Shown here in pieces: positions 8,946 through 18,035 of a stretch of DNA of 64,000 nt. How positions within the stretch are numbered: the stretch's first letter is position 1; each line of letters opens with the position of its first letter. The notes beneath the pieces are model-generated. The model was not told the origin of the DNA. It was given only the letters and a program-made list of their open reading frames with translations, and searched no databases. The stretch comes from a virus. Its lineage: Duplodnaviria; Heunggongvirae; Uroviricota; Caudoviricetes. The stretch is taken from the IMG/VR virus record IMGVR_UViG_3300042992_000089; one strand, 5' to 3'. The position numbers and the translations under genes are program-made.

Positions 8946-11605
8946 TTCTTTCTGAATGATTTATGTGTATTGTCTATTAAAGAAAATCCATCTGCTTGGG
9001 TAGTAAGTCTTTTCTTAACCATTCCCATTTGAGGCCCTGCAAAGATACTATTAAAATACATATCAGCAGCATCCCATTTGTGTGTTCTTAAGTTGTTCTT
9101 TAAAAACTTAGCTGCCTCTTTTGGAAACATAATAGATTGTAAACCAATGATATGATTGGTTACATACATTTCATTATTGATATCTTTAACAATAGGTGAT
9201 TGTGGCCAGCCATGTTCTAGTGTATCAGCATCTCCAAAAGACATATAGTTTATGTTGTTTGGTACCAATAAGTGTGCACATTCCTCAACTTTTCGTACGA
9301 AAAAGTGTATGTCTGTCTCAATGATACAATCTCCTTCACACACCATTAAGAAGTCACAATCATGAAACTCTGTTAAGATGGCATTCTTAAATGCTTCGTA
9401 GCATCCATAATGTGCTGGGGTAAGTGCAGTGCCATACTGTTGAATTTGTTGCTCATTGAAGAGTTCCATTGAAACACAATCTGGTCTGAGACAGTTATGC
9501 TTGGGTGGTAATGACTTATAGGGCTCGTTAAACTGTATGACATATTCCCAGCCATGGTCTTTGACTCTTTCAAGGGATGCTCTACTTTGTTGTTCTCTTT
9601 CATCATTTAATGTGGTTTGTATATGAACTAATTTAATCTTAGGTCTTTCGTTCTTCCATTCAAACTTTCCTGTGTGTTGGTACTTATGTAAGTTATCTTT
9701 GGTCAGCTTAAACTCTTCCAACTTATATTGAACATCTCCATCATAAAAATCCATTTTAATATCTATAGGATCTCCTTTGAATTCAAACTGATAAACAAGT
9801 TCATGGTTCTTAGCTGGTATTATTCTTTTCCACATGTAATCTTCAATAGATACATAGATGTTTCTATAGTCTCTGTTATATGTAAAGAAGTAGAACACAT
9901 AATTGTTTGGTTTTCCAACAACAGGGATGATAGAATAATACTCACTATTTGATGCTACACCTAATCCACTGTGAACTAACAAGGTATCCTTATCATTAGT
10001 AACTAACTGTATATCATTTGGGTTGAAGCTAAAGATAACCTTTGACAAATAGTCTTCTAGATAGTTCTCACATCTTCTTCTCTTACACACTTCGTTCCAT
10101 TCTTCTGGTGTACGCACATCATCAAACTCTTTCAAGAAGAAGTCTGTGTCAAACATAATACCATTGGTCTGAATTCCCTTACCCTGTGGAGTGGGTAGGG
10201 TAGCAGCATATAACTTTTTATCTGTTCTGAATGCATCATTTACTGCAGGGATATCTCTAGGATCTAATACAACATCATATGTAGTATAGAAGAACCTCTT
10301 AAACCCAAGCTCTTTAGCAACCTTAGCTGCATTAAATATATTAGTTAAGACAGTCAATGACTGGTTACTATTCTTCAATCCATTGATGTTGATCTCAGCA
10401 AAGTAGTCTGGTCTGTCATTGTAAAACCTGGTGTAATAACTGTGATGAGTCAAAGGATTATGCACATCGTATATATAACAATCCACCATGTTTTGAATGT
10501 CTATATCTACAGGATAGTGAGACACTAGTATAATCTTTCTACCCAATGGTTTAAGACTATTGATAGTATCCTTAGTCCATTGAATCCTATCCTTAATGTT
10601 TGGATAGGTGCCTAAGATGATACACTCTTCTTCCATTACATCTAAGTTTAATTTTTTGATAATATTGGTAGCATCACTACCAAGATCTCCAGTTAAATAA
10701 ACCATGTTCTCTTCATTGTTATATTTGTTACAGTATACATCTAGATTATACATCACTTTGATCAAGTCATCATATTCCATGGCTTCTTTAATAGCAATAG
10801 GATTTAACTCCTTGTTACCTCTATCTCCCTTTGATGGAAAGAAGAATACATCACATGCTTTTAAGAAGTCACTTACATCATCACGCTCTCCCCAGACAAC
10901 ACAGTTGTTTGGTTTATTAGCCATCAGTGGCTTCCAATAATTCTCAAAGTTACCTGCTTGGTTACCTAGGAAGTGAAACTTCACCTTATAGTTCTTAAGT
11001 CTTTCTGCTAGTTGAAATGCATAAGCTTGATTCTTTCTAGGTGTAAATAGTCCTACAGTTACAAAGTGTTTGTATTCAGGATCTAAGCCATAGTCTTTTT
11101 GTCTTTCTACTTTATTTCTAACCTTCTTATCAATAGGATATTCAATTACTTCTGTAGGTACATCTAAGTCTATGTATTGGAATGAGTTGTAAGAGCTAAC
11201 AAATATAAACTTGTCAGGCATCCATCTCTTGTGCTTAGGATTGAATGAGCTGTCATGCGTAGTCTCTGATATCTTCCAAGTTCTATTATCTGAATAGATG
11301 AATGCAGAAAGCTTGTCGTCCATGAACATCTCAGGAAACTCTTCCATCACTATAACATCTGGATTGAACTGTTCAATAATTCCAGACAGTTCACCATACT
11401 TATCTTCTCCTAAAGAATGGAAGTTAACTCCTTCTGTAAGCATTTGAATGATCTTGTTTCGCTGTACAACAAATGACCATGCTAGAAATGAATACTCTAC
11501 CACCTTAATTTCAAAGTAATCTTTTAACAGTTCCACTTTGTTTACTGTTACCTGAGGAGCCCCTCCTGTTGATAGGTGAGGAGTGATTATTAATAGCTTT
11601 TTCAT
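8942..11605 (-). CDS. Large multidomain glycosyltransferase: N-terminal GT4 module plus additional C-terminal transferase-like domains
   Basis: The N-terminus MKKLLIITPHLSTGGAPQ plus FFFPSKGDRGNKELNPIAIKEAMEY matches GT4 N- and C-motifs. The C-terminal 300 aa (GCYEAF...FLMVCEGDCII) look like a second nucleotide-sugar transferase domain, possibly GT25-like, but this is unverified. Confidence 0.6.
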   Translation of the reverse strand: MKKLLIITPHLSTGGAPQVTVNKVELLKDYFEIKVVEYSFLAWSFVVQRNKIIQMLTEGVNFHSLGEDKYGELSGIIEQFNPDVIVMEEFPEMFMDDKLSAFIYSDNRTWKISETTHDSSFNPKHKRWMPDKFIFVSSYNSFQYIDLDVPTEVIEYPIDKKVRNKVERQKDYGLDPEYKHFVTVGLFTPRKNQAYAFQLAERLKNYKVKFHFLGNQAGNFENYWKPLMANKPNNCVVWGERDDVSDFLKACDVFFFPSKGDRGNKELNPIAIKEAMEYDDLIKVMYNLDVYCNKYNNEENMVYLTGDLGSDATNIIKKLNLDVMEEECIILGTYPNIKDRIQWTKDTINSLKPLGRKIILVSHYPVDIDIQNMVDCYIYDVHNPLTHHSYYTRFYNDRPDYFAEININGLKNSNQSLTVLTNIFNAAKVAKELGFKRFFYTTYDVVLDPRDIPAVNDAFRTDKKLYAATLPTPQGKGIQTNGIMFDTDFFLKEFDDVRTPEEWNEVCKRRRCENYLEDYLSKVIFSFNPNDIQLVTNDKDTLLVHSGLGVASNSEYYSIIPVVGKPNNYVFYFFTYNRDYRNIYVSIEDYMWKRIIPAKNHELVYQFEFKGDPIDIKMDFYDGDVQYKLEEFKLTKDNLHKYQHTGKFEWKNERPKIKLVHIQTTLNDEREQQSRASLERVKDHGWEYVIQFNEPYKSLPPKHNCLRPDCVSMELFNEQQIQQYGTALTPAHYGCYEAFKNAILTEFHDCDFLMVCEGDCIIETDIHFFVRKVEECAHLLVPNNINYMSFGDADTLEHGWPQSPIVKDINNEMYVTNHIIGLQSIMFPKEAAKFLKNNLRTHKWDAADMYFNSIFAGPQMGMVKKRLTTQADGFSLIDNTHKSFRKK

Positions 11606-12301
11606 TTATGTAAATCTCTTTTTGTATGGATTATCAATTGTCTGATCTTCTACTGTAATATTTAAAAAGTTAAAACCTTGTAATGGACCACTAAGATACC
11701 CTATCTTGCCTGAAAAAAAAGTATTAAATGCAAGGCTTATTCTAGTTTTATCATCACTTGTTGTTGGAACACTATGTTCTGTAGTAGATGGGAATAGAAC
11801 AATATCTCCTTTATTTACAGGGAAATAAGCTTCAACACAAGTATACATGTTTTGTTCTTTTGCCTGTATTTGTAAATTATTAGGCAATGCTCTTCCAAAC
11901 ATTATCTTATCTGTATTCTTATCTGCATTGAAATATAAACATCCACTAATTATACTGTTTGGATGATGGTGCTGATGATGTGATTGTTCTTTCTTTGTGT
12001 AATTAAACCAAGACTGAGTTATAGATAATTTAAGTCCTTCTGGATTTATAGGATTATACACGTTTATCAAGTAATCATTAAGAATGGACTCAATGAATAG
12101 TTTTACATTACTAAGTTTAGGATTGTTTAAAACATACAAATTGTGTGTTGTAGAGTTTGATGAATTTCTAAATACATCACTTTCATACTCATATGCACAT
12201 TCTATTTCTTCATTAGTAAAGTCTCTATTGATGTTATTTAATAAAACAGGGATAGGGAAGATTGGTACTATTACTCCTCCTTGGTTTTGTTGTTCTGACA
12301 T
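11606..12301 (-). CDS. 2OG-Fe(II) oxygenase (TIGR02466-like family common in marine phages)
   Basis: The pattern HHQHHHPNSIISGCLYF ... GDIVLFPS ... H ... RISLAFN matches the conserved H..HPxS..SG.YY / FPS..xH / RISISFN signature of that family. Confidence 0.6.
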   Translation of the reverse strand: MSEQQNQGGVIVPIFPIPVLLNNINRDFTNEEIECAYEYESDVFRNSSNSTTHNLYVLNNPKLSNVKLFIESILNDYLINVYNPINPEGLKLSITQSWFNYTKKEQSHHQHHHPNSIISGCLYFNADKNTDKIMFGRALPNNLQIQAKEQNMYTCVEAYFPVNKGDIVLFPSTTEHSVPTTSDDKTRISLAFNTFFSGKIGYLSGPLQGFNFLNITVEDQTIDNPYKKRFT

Positions 12302-12302
12302 A

Positions 12303-13229
12303 TTATAAATTATTATTGATTGCGTGAATTACTTGTTCTACAGATGGATGACATTCAAAAGTTTCTTTCTTCTCTAAGCATCCTATTAATGGTTGTACAT
12401 AATCTATTGTTGGCCAATACTCAAGAGCATATTTCATATTAGAATTACAATGTAATCCACAACCTCCTCTTACATATATGTGCTTGCCTTCTTGTCTATG
12501 TGGTGTACGAAACTCTGGATTGATAGGAGATCCTAACTCAACAATGTCAGTTTTGGTTGTGCCTGCTAGATGTAGAATACCTGAGTCCATGGTGATAACA
12601 ACCTTAGCATTGTTAATGAGATGCCAAGTTTGAGCGATGGATGTCTTATTCATAAGGTTTATAACGTTATCGTCCATCTTATGTACAGGTTTGTTTACAT
12701 TAAAGAATCCTGTCTCAGAACTATCCTTACCAACTGCCACCACTTTGTAGCCCCATTTATTTAATTCATCAACTAGTTTAAGCCAGTTCTCTTGTGACCA
12801 AGTTCTATTGGGCCAGCTATTAACAGGATGTATCACAGCATATCTACCCTCTACAGAAACATTAGGTTCTTCTGTAGGCTGATAGAAACATTCTAATTCA
12901 TCTTTTCCAAGCATAAATCCTAGATGTATAGCATGGAACTGCCTAATATCCATCATGTTGTGCTTCATCTCTATACCACGCTCATCTTTCTTACCCACTA
13001 GATAGAATGAATTATGTATAATGTAATTACTTTGTATGTACGTCATGTCTATAGAGCTAGCTTTGTAGCTCTTTTCTACATAAGGGTTCATCTTAAACAA
13101 CTCAGGCATCTGAGAGATGACTATAATCTTTCTTTGATACGCATCATGAAGCTTTTTAATAGTGGGGGTGGCACAGATAAGATCACCCAATCCATTACAT
13201 TCTTCTAGATTTAAACAAACTGGTTTCAT
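12303..13229 (-). CDS. Glycosyltransferase family 9 (ADP-heptose:acceptor heptosyltransferase-like)
   Basis: GLGDLICATPTIKKL, WPNRTWSQENWLKLVDEL..GYKVVAVG and VITMDSGILHLAG are the classical RfaC/RfaF-type GT9 motifs. The track ORF begins at a TTG at 13391 with a junk N-terminus. I place the start at the ATG at 13227-13229 (MKPVCLNLEEC...). Confidence 0.75.
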   Translation of the reverse strand: MKPVCLNLEECNGLGDLICATPTIKKLHDAYQRKIIVISQMPELFKMNPYVEKSYKASSIDMTYIQSNYIIHNSFYLVGKKDERGIEMKHNMMDIRQFHAIHLGFMLGKDELECFYQPTEEPNVSVEGRYAVIHPVNSWPNRTWSQENWLKLVDELNKWGYKVVAVGKDSSETGFFNVNKPVHKMDDNVINLMNKTSIAQTWHLINNAKVVITMDSGILHLAGTTKTDIVELGSPINPEFRTPHRQEGKHIYVRGGCGLHCNSNMKYALEYWPTIDYVQPLIGCLEKKETFECHPSVEQVIHAINNNL

Positions 13230-13246
13230 CTGTTGGTTATTTAAAA

Positions 13247-13263
13247 CAAAGTTACTATATTTG
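13247..13263. promoter_or_regulatory. Divergent candidate promoter pair (TAnnTTTG boxes on both strands)
   Basis: TAACTTTG on the minus strand at 13254..13247 lies 17 nt upstream of the GT9 ATG. TATATTTG on the plus strand at 13256..13263 lies 24 nt upstream of the ATG at 13288. This is a strand-switch point. Confidence 0.4.
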
Positions 13264-13287
13264 TTGGAAATAAAAAACATTTTTACT

Positions 13288-13656
13288 ATGAAAATTGAAG
13301 TTTCTGTGGGGGAAGTTGTAGACAAATGGACTATACTTTCTATCAAAGCTCTGAACATTACAGACAAAGACAAACTAGTTAATGTTTTCAAAGAGAAAAC
13401 TTATCTAAATGATGCTGTACATCCTGAGATATTACATGATCCTTTGACAGACATGTTGCTTGAAGTTAATAAAGCTCTTTGGAAAGTGGAAGATCTTATA
13501 AGAGACTTTGAAAGAGCTAATAGTTTTGGAGAAGAGTTTATTGATTTAGCTAGATCTGTCTACAAGTTGAATGATAAAAGAGCACATATTAAAAAAGAAA
13601 TTAATATTAAGTATGGGTCTGACTTTGTAGAGGAGAAATCCTACCAGCCCTACTAA
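13288..13656 (+). CDS. Hypothetical protein
   Basis: This is an ATG-initiated ORF. The track version starts at a GTG at 13162 that overlaps the divergent promoter and is probably an over-extension. Confidence 0.5.
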   Translation: MKIEVSVGEVVDKWTILSIKALNITDKDKLVNVFKEKTYLNDAVHPEILHDPLTDMLLEVNKALWKVEDLIRDFERANSFGEEFIDLARSVYKLNDKRAHIKKEINIKYGSDFVEEKSYQPY

Positions 13657-13787
13657 AAAAATATTTGGTAGTTTCAACTTTTTTACTTAGTTTTGCCAGG
13701 AATTAGATAGCTTAACTTAAATAGGTCTTTCTGACCATATTATACACTCATGTCCTGGGTGTATTTTTATTTCTACAACTTACTATA

Positions 13788-14108
13788 ATGACGACAAAAC
13801 AACAGAGTTCTGTTATTGCAGAAATTAAAAACTGGCTATTTCCTGGTATTGTTACAATCATTGGGATATTTGCTGGTATGACGTTAAAAGACATCAAAGA
13901 TGACTTAGCTGAGGTAAAGTCAGATGTCAAAGCCCTAATGGCTCAATCTAATGTAGACAAGACACGTATAGACAACTTGGAAAGAGTAGTTTATAAAACA
14001 GCTACTTCTTTTCCTACTAGTATTCCTATAGAAACAAGAGTATTTAGAGAGATGGCTATGCTTCCTAACAATAAATTAATTATAAAAAATGAAAAAGTTC
14101 TTCTCTGA
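13788..14108 (+). CDS. Small membrane protein with one TM segment, holin or antiholin candidate
   Basis: WLFPGIVTIIGIFAGMTL is a TM segment followed by a charged coiled tail. It lies immediately upstream of the lysis genes. Confidence 0.4.
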   Translation: MTTKQQSSVIAEIKNWLFPGIVTIIGIFAGMTLKDIKDDLAEVKSDVKALMAQSNVDKTRIDNLERVVYKTATSFPTSIPIETRVFREMAMLPNNKLIIKNEKVLL

Positions 14109-14340
14109 TCTATTTGATGATAACAATTCTATTAATGAGAAGGCTGTAATTGGATTTGCAGCTTTTATTATGATGATTATATTTGCTGTAGCAGACATTG
14201 TTACAGGGGCTATGAACCAACCATTGTTAGTTAATGAGTTTATATTTGACTCATTCAAAATATTAACAATAGCTTGCTTTGGTATAGCATCTGTTGATAA
14301 GTGGATAAACAAAAAAAACCAAAATGAATCTGATGAATAA
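14089..14340 (+). CDS. Holin candidate (two TM segments, charged C-terminus)
   Basis: The two hydrophobic segments are AVIGFAAFIMMIIFAVADIV and ILTIACFGIASV, and the protein ends KKNQNESDE. It sits two genes upstream of the endolysin. Confidence 0.45.
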   Translation: MKKFFSDLFDDNNSINEKAVIGFAAFIMMIIFAVADIVTGAMNQPLLVNEFIFDSFKILTIACFGIASVDKWINKKNQNESDE

Positions 14341-14926
14341 AATACTAGGTGCTATCATAGTTATACTATTGATGATTTTGTCTTTTGAAAAGAGTGGATG
14401 TAACGCTCCTCAAATAAAAGCTGACACTGTAACATTACATGATACAACTTGGCAGATACATGACTCATTGATTATCAAGAAGTTAAAGATCAAAGAGGTG
14501 ATTCATGACACTCTTCCTCCTGAATACATAGCAGACACAAACTACCCTAAACTTAAAGCACAATATGATGCATTAGTTGTTTCCTATTTAGCAAAGAATA
14601 TCTATGCTGACACAGTGAAACTAGATACTTTGGGCTATGTAGCTGTAGCTGATACAGTGTATAAGAATGAGATACATAGTAGATCTTACAAATACAACTA
14701 CAAGATTCCTACAGTTACTGTGACAAACACCATTACTAAATATGCTCCTGCTAAGGGGGCTCTGTTTATGGGTGGTGGGATTGCAGGTAACAAAAATGGT
14801 GTAGAATTGTTACAGGGAGGATTCTTATACAAATCTAAAAAAGATAAAGTTTTTGGATTAAACCTTGGTATAAATGGCAATAGTCAAATTATATATGGTG
14901 TTCAATCTTATTGGAAAATTAAATAA
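14324..14926 (+). CDS. Secreted or envelope protein with an N-terminal signal anchor
   Basis: The N-terminus MNLMNKILGAIIVILLMILSF is a signal-like hydrophobic segment. It lies between the holin candidate and the endolysin. Confidence 0.45.
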   Translation: MNLMNKILGAIIVILLMILSFEKSGCNAPQIKADTVTLHDTTWQIHDSLIIKKLKIKEVIHDTLPPEYIADTNYPKLKAQYDALVVSYLAKNIYADTVKLDTLGYVAVADTVYKNEIHSRSYKYNYKIPTVTVTNTITKYAPAKGALFMGGGIAGNKNGVELLQGGFLYKSKKDKVFGLNLGINGNSQIIYGVQSYWKIK

Positions 14927-14928
14927 TT

Positions 14929-15534
14929 ATGAACTTAGATAAATTAAAAGGACACATTCCTGATGGAGTGATTGCTCAGATTCCTGCTGTGCAGGAGAAG
15001 TTTGAGATCAATACACCTTTACGTTTAGCTCATTTCCTAGCACAAACAGGACATGAGTCAGGTGGATTCAAAGCTGTTACAGAAAACTTAAACTATGGTG
15101 CTGCTGGTTTACAGAGCATATTTAAGAAATACTTTACTGCTGAGAGTGCTAAGGAGTTTGAACGCAAACCTGAAAAGATTGCTAACATTGTCTATGCTAA
15201 TCGTATGGGTAATGGACCTCAAGCAAGTGGAGAAGGATTTAAGTTTAGAGGACGTGGTTACATCCAGTTAACAGGAAAGGATAACTACACTGCTTTTGAT
15301 AAAGTGGTAGAGGATGACATCTTAGCTAACCCAGAACTTGTAGCTACAAAGTACCCACTTTTATCTGCTGCTTGGTTCTTCCATAAGAATGGATTACATA
15401 AGATTGCTGATGAGGGAGCTACAGATGCTGTGGTAACCAAGGTGACTAAGCGTGTTAATGGTGGTACAATTGGTCTTGCTGATCGTATCAAACATTTTAA
15501 TGAATACAACAACCTTTTAAATGGTAGTATATAA
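14929..15534 (+). CDS. Endolysin, glycoside hydrolase family 19 (chitinase-like lysozyme)
   Basis: AHFLAQTGHESGGF and FRGRGYIQLTGKDNY are hallmark GH19 endolysin motifs. There is no signal peptide. Confidence 0.8.
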   Translation: MNLDKLKGHIPDGVIAQIPAVQEKFEINTPLRLAHFLAQTGHESGGFKAVTENLNYGAAGLQSIFKKYFTAESAKEFERKPEKIANIVYANRMGNGPQASGEGFKFRGRGYIQLTGKDNYTAFDKVVEDDILANPELVATKYPLLSAAWFFHKNGLHKIADEGATDAVVTKVTKRVNGGTIGLADRIKHFNEYNNLLNGSI

Positions 15535-15680
15535 TGGCTAACGCTAAGAAAAAACCTAAAGCAATGCGTAGCAGACGCTCTGGAGTTAAAAAAGCAGAAC
15601 TATTAAAACATAACAGTGAGGTATTGTACAATGTATGGACAGCACTTAATGCTCAACAAGTTTTAAAAAACTATAAATAA
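15534..15680 (+). CDS. Small basic protein (48 aa)
   Basis: Its ATG overlaps the endolysin stop (TAATG), and its stop overlaps the next ATG. The N-terminus MANAKKKPKA resembles the lysine-rich family at 20568-23418. It is not in the ORF track because it is shorter than 60 aa. Confidence 0.4.
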   Translation: MANAKKKPKAMRSRRSGVKKAELLKHNSEVLYNVWTALNAQQVLKNYK

Positions 15681-15982
15681 TGGCAGCAAAAAAAGAAACA
15701 AACATTTCAGCAAACCCTTTACCTATATCGTTTAAGGAGTTTGCTAAAAACCCAATAGTGGGCACCCTTTTCTTGGTGCTCATTGCTATTTCATACCTGT
15801 ACATAGACGTTCGTACAACATTCAAAGAGCAGGCAACTTCTCAGAATGTACGTATTGATAAGGTGGAAACTAGATTGGATAGAGTGCAGGAAGCACTTAG
15901 AGTGAGTGATTCAGCCAAAGCTGTAACTAGTACTCAGTTACAGACATTACAACAATTAGGAGCAATTAAAAAGCTTAACTAA
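15680..15982 (+). CDS. i-spanin-like protein (N-terminal TM plus coiled coil)
   Basis: The TM segment is IVGTLFLVLIAISYLYI, followed by a helical region. It lies just after the endolysin. Confidence 0.4.
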   Translation: MAAKKETNISANPLPISFKEFAKNPIVGTLFLVLIAISYLYIDVRTTFKEQATSQNVRIDKVETRLDRVQEALRVSDSAKAVTSTQLQTLQQLGAIKKLN

Positions 15983-16323
15983 TGAAATACTTATTAATCA
16001 TATTAATACCATTCATCTATGGGTGCCAAAATACAACTGCTCAAAAAATTGATAGCTCTGTTGAAGAAGACAGGAAGTTTGAACAACTTCTTAACGAAGT
16101 TGAAACAAATACTAAAATAAGCCTACAGGTTCAAGCCAAGGCTAGTGAGACACAAAAGAAGATTGTAAAAGAAACAGTTCAAAATATAACCAACCTCAAA
16201 GAAGAGGTTACCACTCTCAAAACAGAATTAAATGAAGCTAAAGCAGCTCTTGATAGTGTTAGCATTGACACTGGTATCAGTTTCATCTTATTGCCAATAC
16301 CCAAAGACAAGAAGAATAGGTAA
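15982..16323 (+). CDS. Lipoprotein-like coiled-coil protein (o-spanin candidate)
   Basis: MKYLLIILIPFIYGCQ is a signal peptide ending in a Cys (a lipobox-like IYGC). Its 3' end overlaps the next ORF in another frame. Confidence 0.4.
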   Translation: MKYLLIILIPFIYGCQNTTAQKIDSSVEEDRKFEQLLNEVETNTKISLQVQAKASETQKKIVKETVQNITNLKEEVTTLKTELNEAKAALDSVSIDTGISFILLPIPKDKKNR

Positions 16324-16648
16324 AGATTCTGTAGTCATTATGACTGTAGAACAGGGAGATCAAATCAATACTTTGTATAAAAACTACAGAGCTCAGATAG
16401 ATCTCTTAAAGGTTGATACTCAATTAAATAGAGTAAAGATTGACTCCTTGCAAAGAAAATATGATAGTCTTGGAAGACTAATGTATGAAGCTATGCAATA
16501 CAAATGGAAGTATGAAGCAAACAGGGAGATATTCTTGAGTCAAGAGAAAGATCAACGTGGTAGAGATAGGTTACATGAAATATCTAAAGGACTATTAATA
16601 TTAATTGTTCTTATACAATTTGGTACAATTTCATCATTACATAAATAA
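16232..16648 (+). CDS. Protein with an N-terminal lipoprotein-like signal and a C-terminal TM segment (unimolecular-spanin-like topology)
   Basis: The N-terminus is MKLKQLLIVLALTLVSVSSYCQ, the middle is coiled coil, and the C-terminal TM is GLLILIVLIQFGTI. It overlaps the preceding ORF out of frame. Confidence 0.4.
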   Translation: MKLKQLLIVLALTLVSVSSYCQYPKTRRIGKDSVVIMTVEQGDQINTLYKNYRAQIDLLKVDTQLNRVKIDSLQRKYDSLGRLMYEAMQYKWKYEANREIFLSQEKDQRGRDRLHEISKGLLILIVLIQFGTISSLHK

Positions 16649-16653
16649 CCAAC

Positions 16654-16782
16654 ATGGCAAAAGCAAAAGGAGCATCAAATGCTAAGAAAATTACCTTTGG
16701 AAAACGCAAAGGAGGAAAGGCTACTAAGTTCAAAGGTCCTAAGGACAAAGCAACTAAGCCTTACAACAGACAGGGCAGATAA
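16654..16782 (+). CDS. Small basic protein (42 aa)
   Basis: MAKAKGASNAKKITFGKRKGGKATKFKGPKDKATKPYNRQGR begins at an ATG at 16654 and is absent from the ORF track. It belongs to the same K-rich family. Confidence 0.35.
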   Translation: MAKAKGASNAKKITFGKRKGGKATKFKGPKDKATKPYNRQGR

Positions 16783-16863
16783 TAACTAAAAAAGTTAAAA
16801 CACTTATAACTAAAATTGTTATTGTAAATTATTGACAGTCATTGTTAATAGTAAAAAGTAACA

Positions 16864-16871
16864 TACCTTTG
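16864..16871 (+). promoter_or_regulatory. Candidate -7 box TACCTTTG
   Basis: It lies 19 nt upstream of the ATG at 16891, with an AT-rich upstream stretch. Confidence 0.35.
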
Positions 16872-16890
16872 GGCATTAATTTTTTCAATC

Positions 16891-17859
16891 ATGGCTATAC
16901 CAAGCAGACAGATAGGATGGGGAACAGAAGAAAACCTTTTATGGCAAATTTCTAAGCAATTAGAAGCTATAAATGGTGTTGCATATAACGCAGGTGGTGG
17001 TGGTGGCACTGGTACCTCTGGTACAAGTGGTGCTGCTGGTTTATCAGGAACATCAGGAACTAGTGGTGTTGTAGGTACGTCTGGAACTTCAGGTCTTTCT
17101 GGTACATCTGGTATCAGTGGTACCAATGGTATCAGTGGTACTAATGGAGTTAGTGGAACAAGTGGTACTTCAGGAATTGATGGAACTTCTGGTATAGATG
17201 GTACTAGTGGAATAAATGGAACAGCTGGAACTTCAGGTGATAATGGTTCATCAGGAACAAGTGGCGAAACTGGTACTTCTGGTATAGATGGTACTTCAGG
17301 AACATCAGGTGAATCAGGTACTTCAGGAGTAAGTGGTACAGCTGGAACAGCTGGTATTGCAGGAACTGCAGGAACTAGTGGAGTTAATGGGGTTGTTGGT
17401 GGTTATTTAGGATCTTTCTATGATACTACAAGTCAAACAGGTCTTGCAGGAGCTGTTCTTACAATGGGTCTTACTAATTCAGATTCTTGGAATAATGGTG
17501 TTTCACTTGTTTCTGGTAATCAAATAACAATAGCTAATCCTGGTGTATATAATATACAATTTAGTGCACAGATGGTAAAAAATGCTGGTAACACTGCAAC
17601 GCATGCACACATTTGGCTATCACAAAATGGTACAAATGTACCTACTAGTGCTTCTCAATTAGGATTTCCTTCTAACTCTGTGTATGTTGTAGCAGCTTGG
17701 AATTTCTTTTTCAAGACAACAGTGGCTAATGAATATGTACAGCTTAAATGGGAAATAAATAGTAATGTAAACGATGCAATAGTTATCCAATCAGCTGCAG
17801 CTACAGGAAATGTTCCTGCTATCCCTGGTCTAATTGTAACAGTAAATCAAGTAGGATAA
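16891..17859 (+). CDS. Collagen-like protein with a C-terminal C1q/BclA-like jelly-roll domain
   Basis: The N-terminal module is [25 protein letters not shown], followed by [13 protein letters not shown]... Gly-X-Y repeats. The C-terminal domain, [12 protein letters not shown]...[13 protein letters not shown]...NEYVQLKW...QVG, is homologous to the central domain of the first fiber ORF and has a C1q-like pattern. Confidence 0.8.
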   Translation: MAIPSRQIGWGTEENLLWQISKQLEAINGVAYNAGGGGGTGTSGTSGAAGLSGTSGTSGVVGTSGTSGLSGTSGISGTNGISGTNGVSGTSGTSGIDGTSGIDGTSGINGTAGTSGDNGSSGTSGETGTSGIDGTSGTSGESGTSGVSGTAGTAGIAGTAGTSGVNGVVGGYLGSFYDTTSQTGLAGAVLTMGLTNSDSWNNGVSLVSGNQITIANPGVYNIQFSAQMVKNAGNTATHAHIWLSQNGTNVPTSASQLGFPSNSVYVVAAWNFFFKTTVANEYVQLKWEINSNVNDAIVIQSAAATGNVPAIPGLIVTVNQVG

Positions 17860-17871
17860 AATATATTAATA

Positions 17872-18009
17872 ATGGCAATACCTTCACAACAAATAGGCTG
17901 GAGTCAAAAATCTAAATTGCTTTGGCAAATATCTAAGCAATTGGAATACCTTACAGGTATATTATATAAAGGTGGGACGACTACTACAACCACTACAGCT
18001 ACTCCTTAA
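17872..18009 (+). CDS. Small paralog of the N-terminal module of the 16891 protein, with a poly-Thr tail
   Basis: [45 protein letters not shown] (45 aa) begins at an ATG at 17872 and is not in the ORF track. Confidence 0.45.
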   Translation: MAIPSQQIGWSQKSKLLWQISKQLEYLTGILYKGGTTTTTTTATP

Positions 18010-18035
18010 TAAAGAGAAACCAACAAACTACATAT

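Noticed and set aside
13229-13391. N-terminal 54-aa extension of the GT9 gene, plus TTG/GTG starts at 13391, 13162, 54502, 23209 and 174
   Set aside because: The ORF track picks the longest non-ATG start. In each case an in-frame ATG with better spacing and no promoter overlap lies downstream, or for 174 the frame simply continues from before the window.
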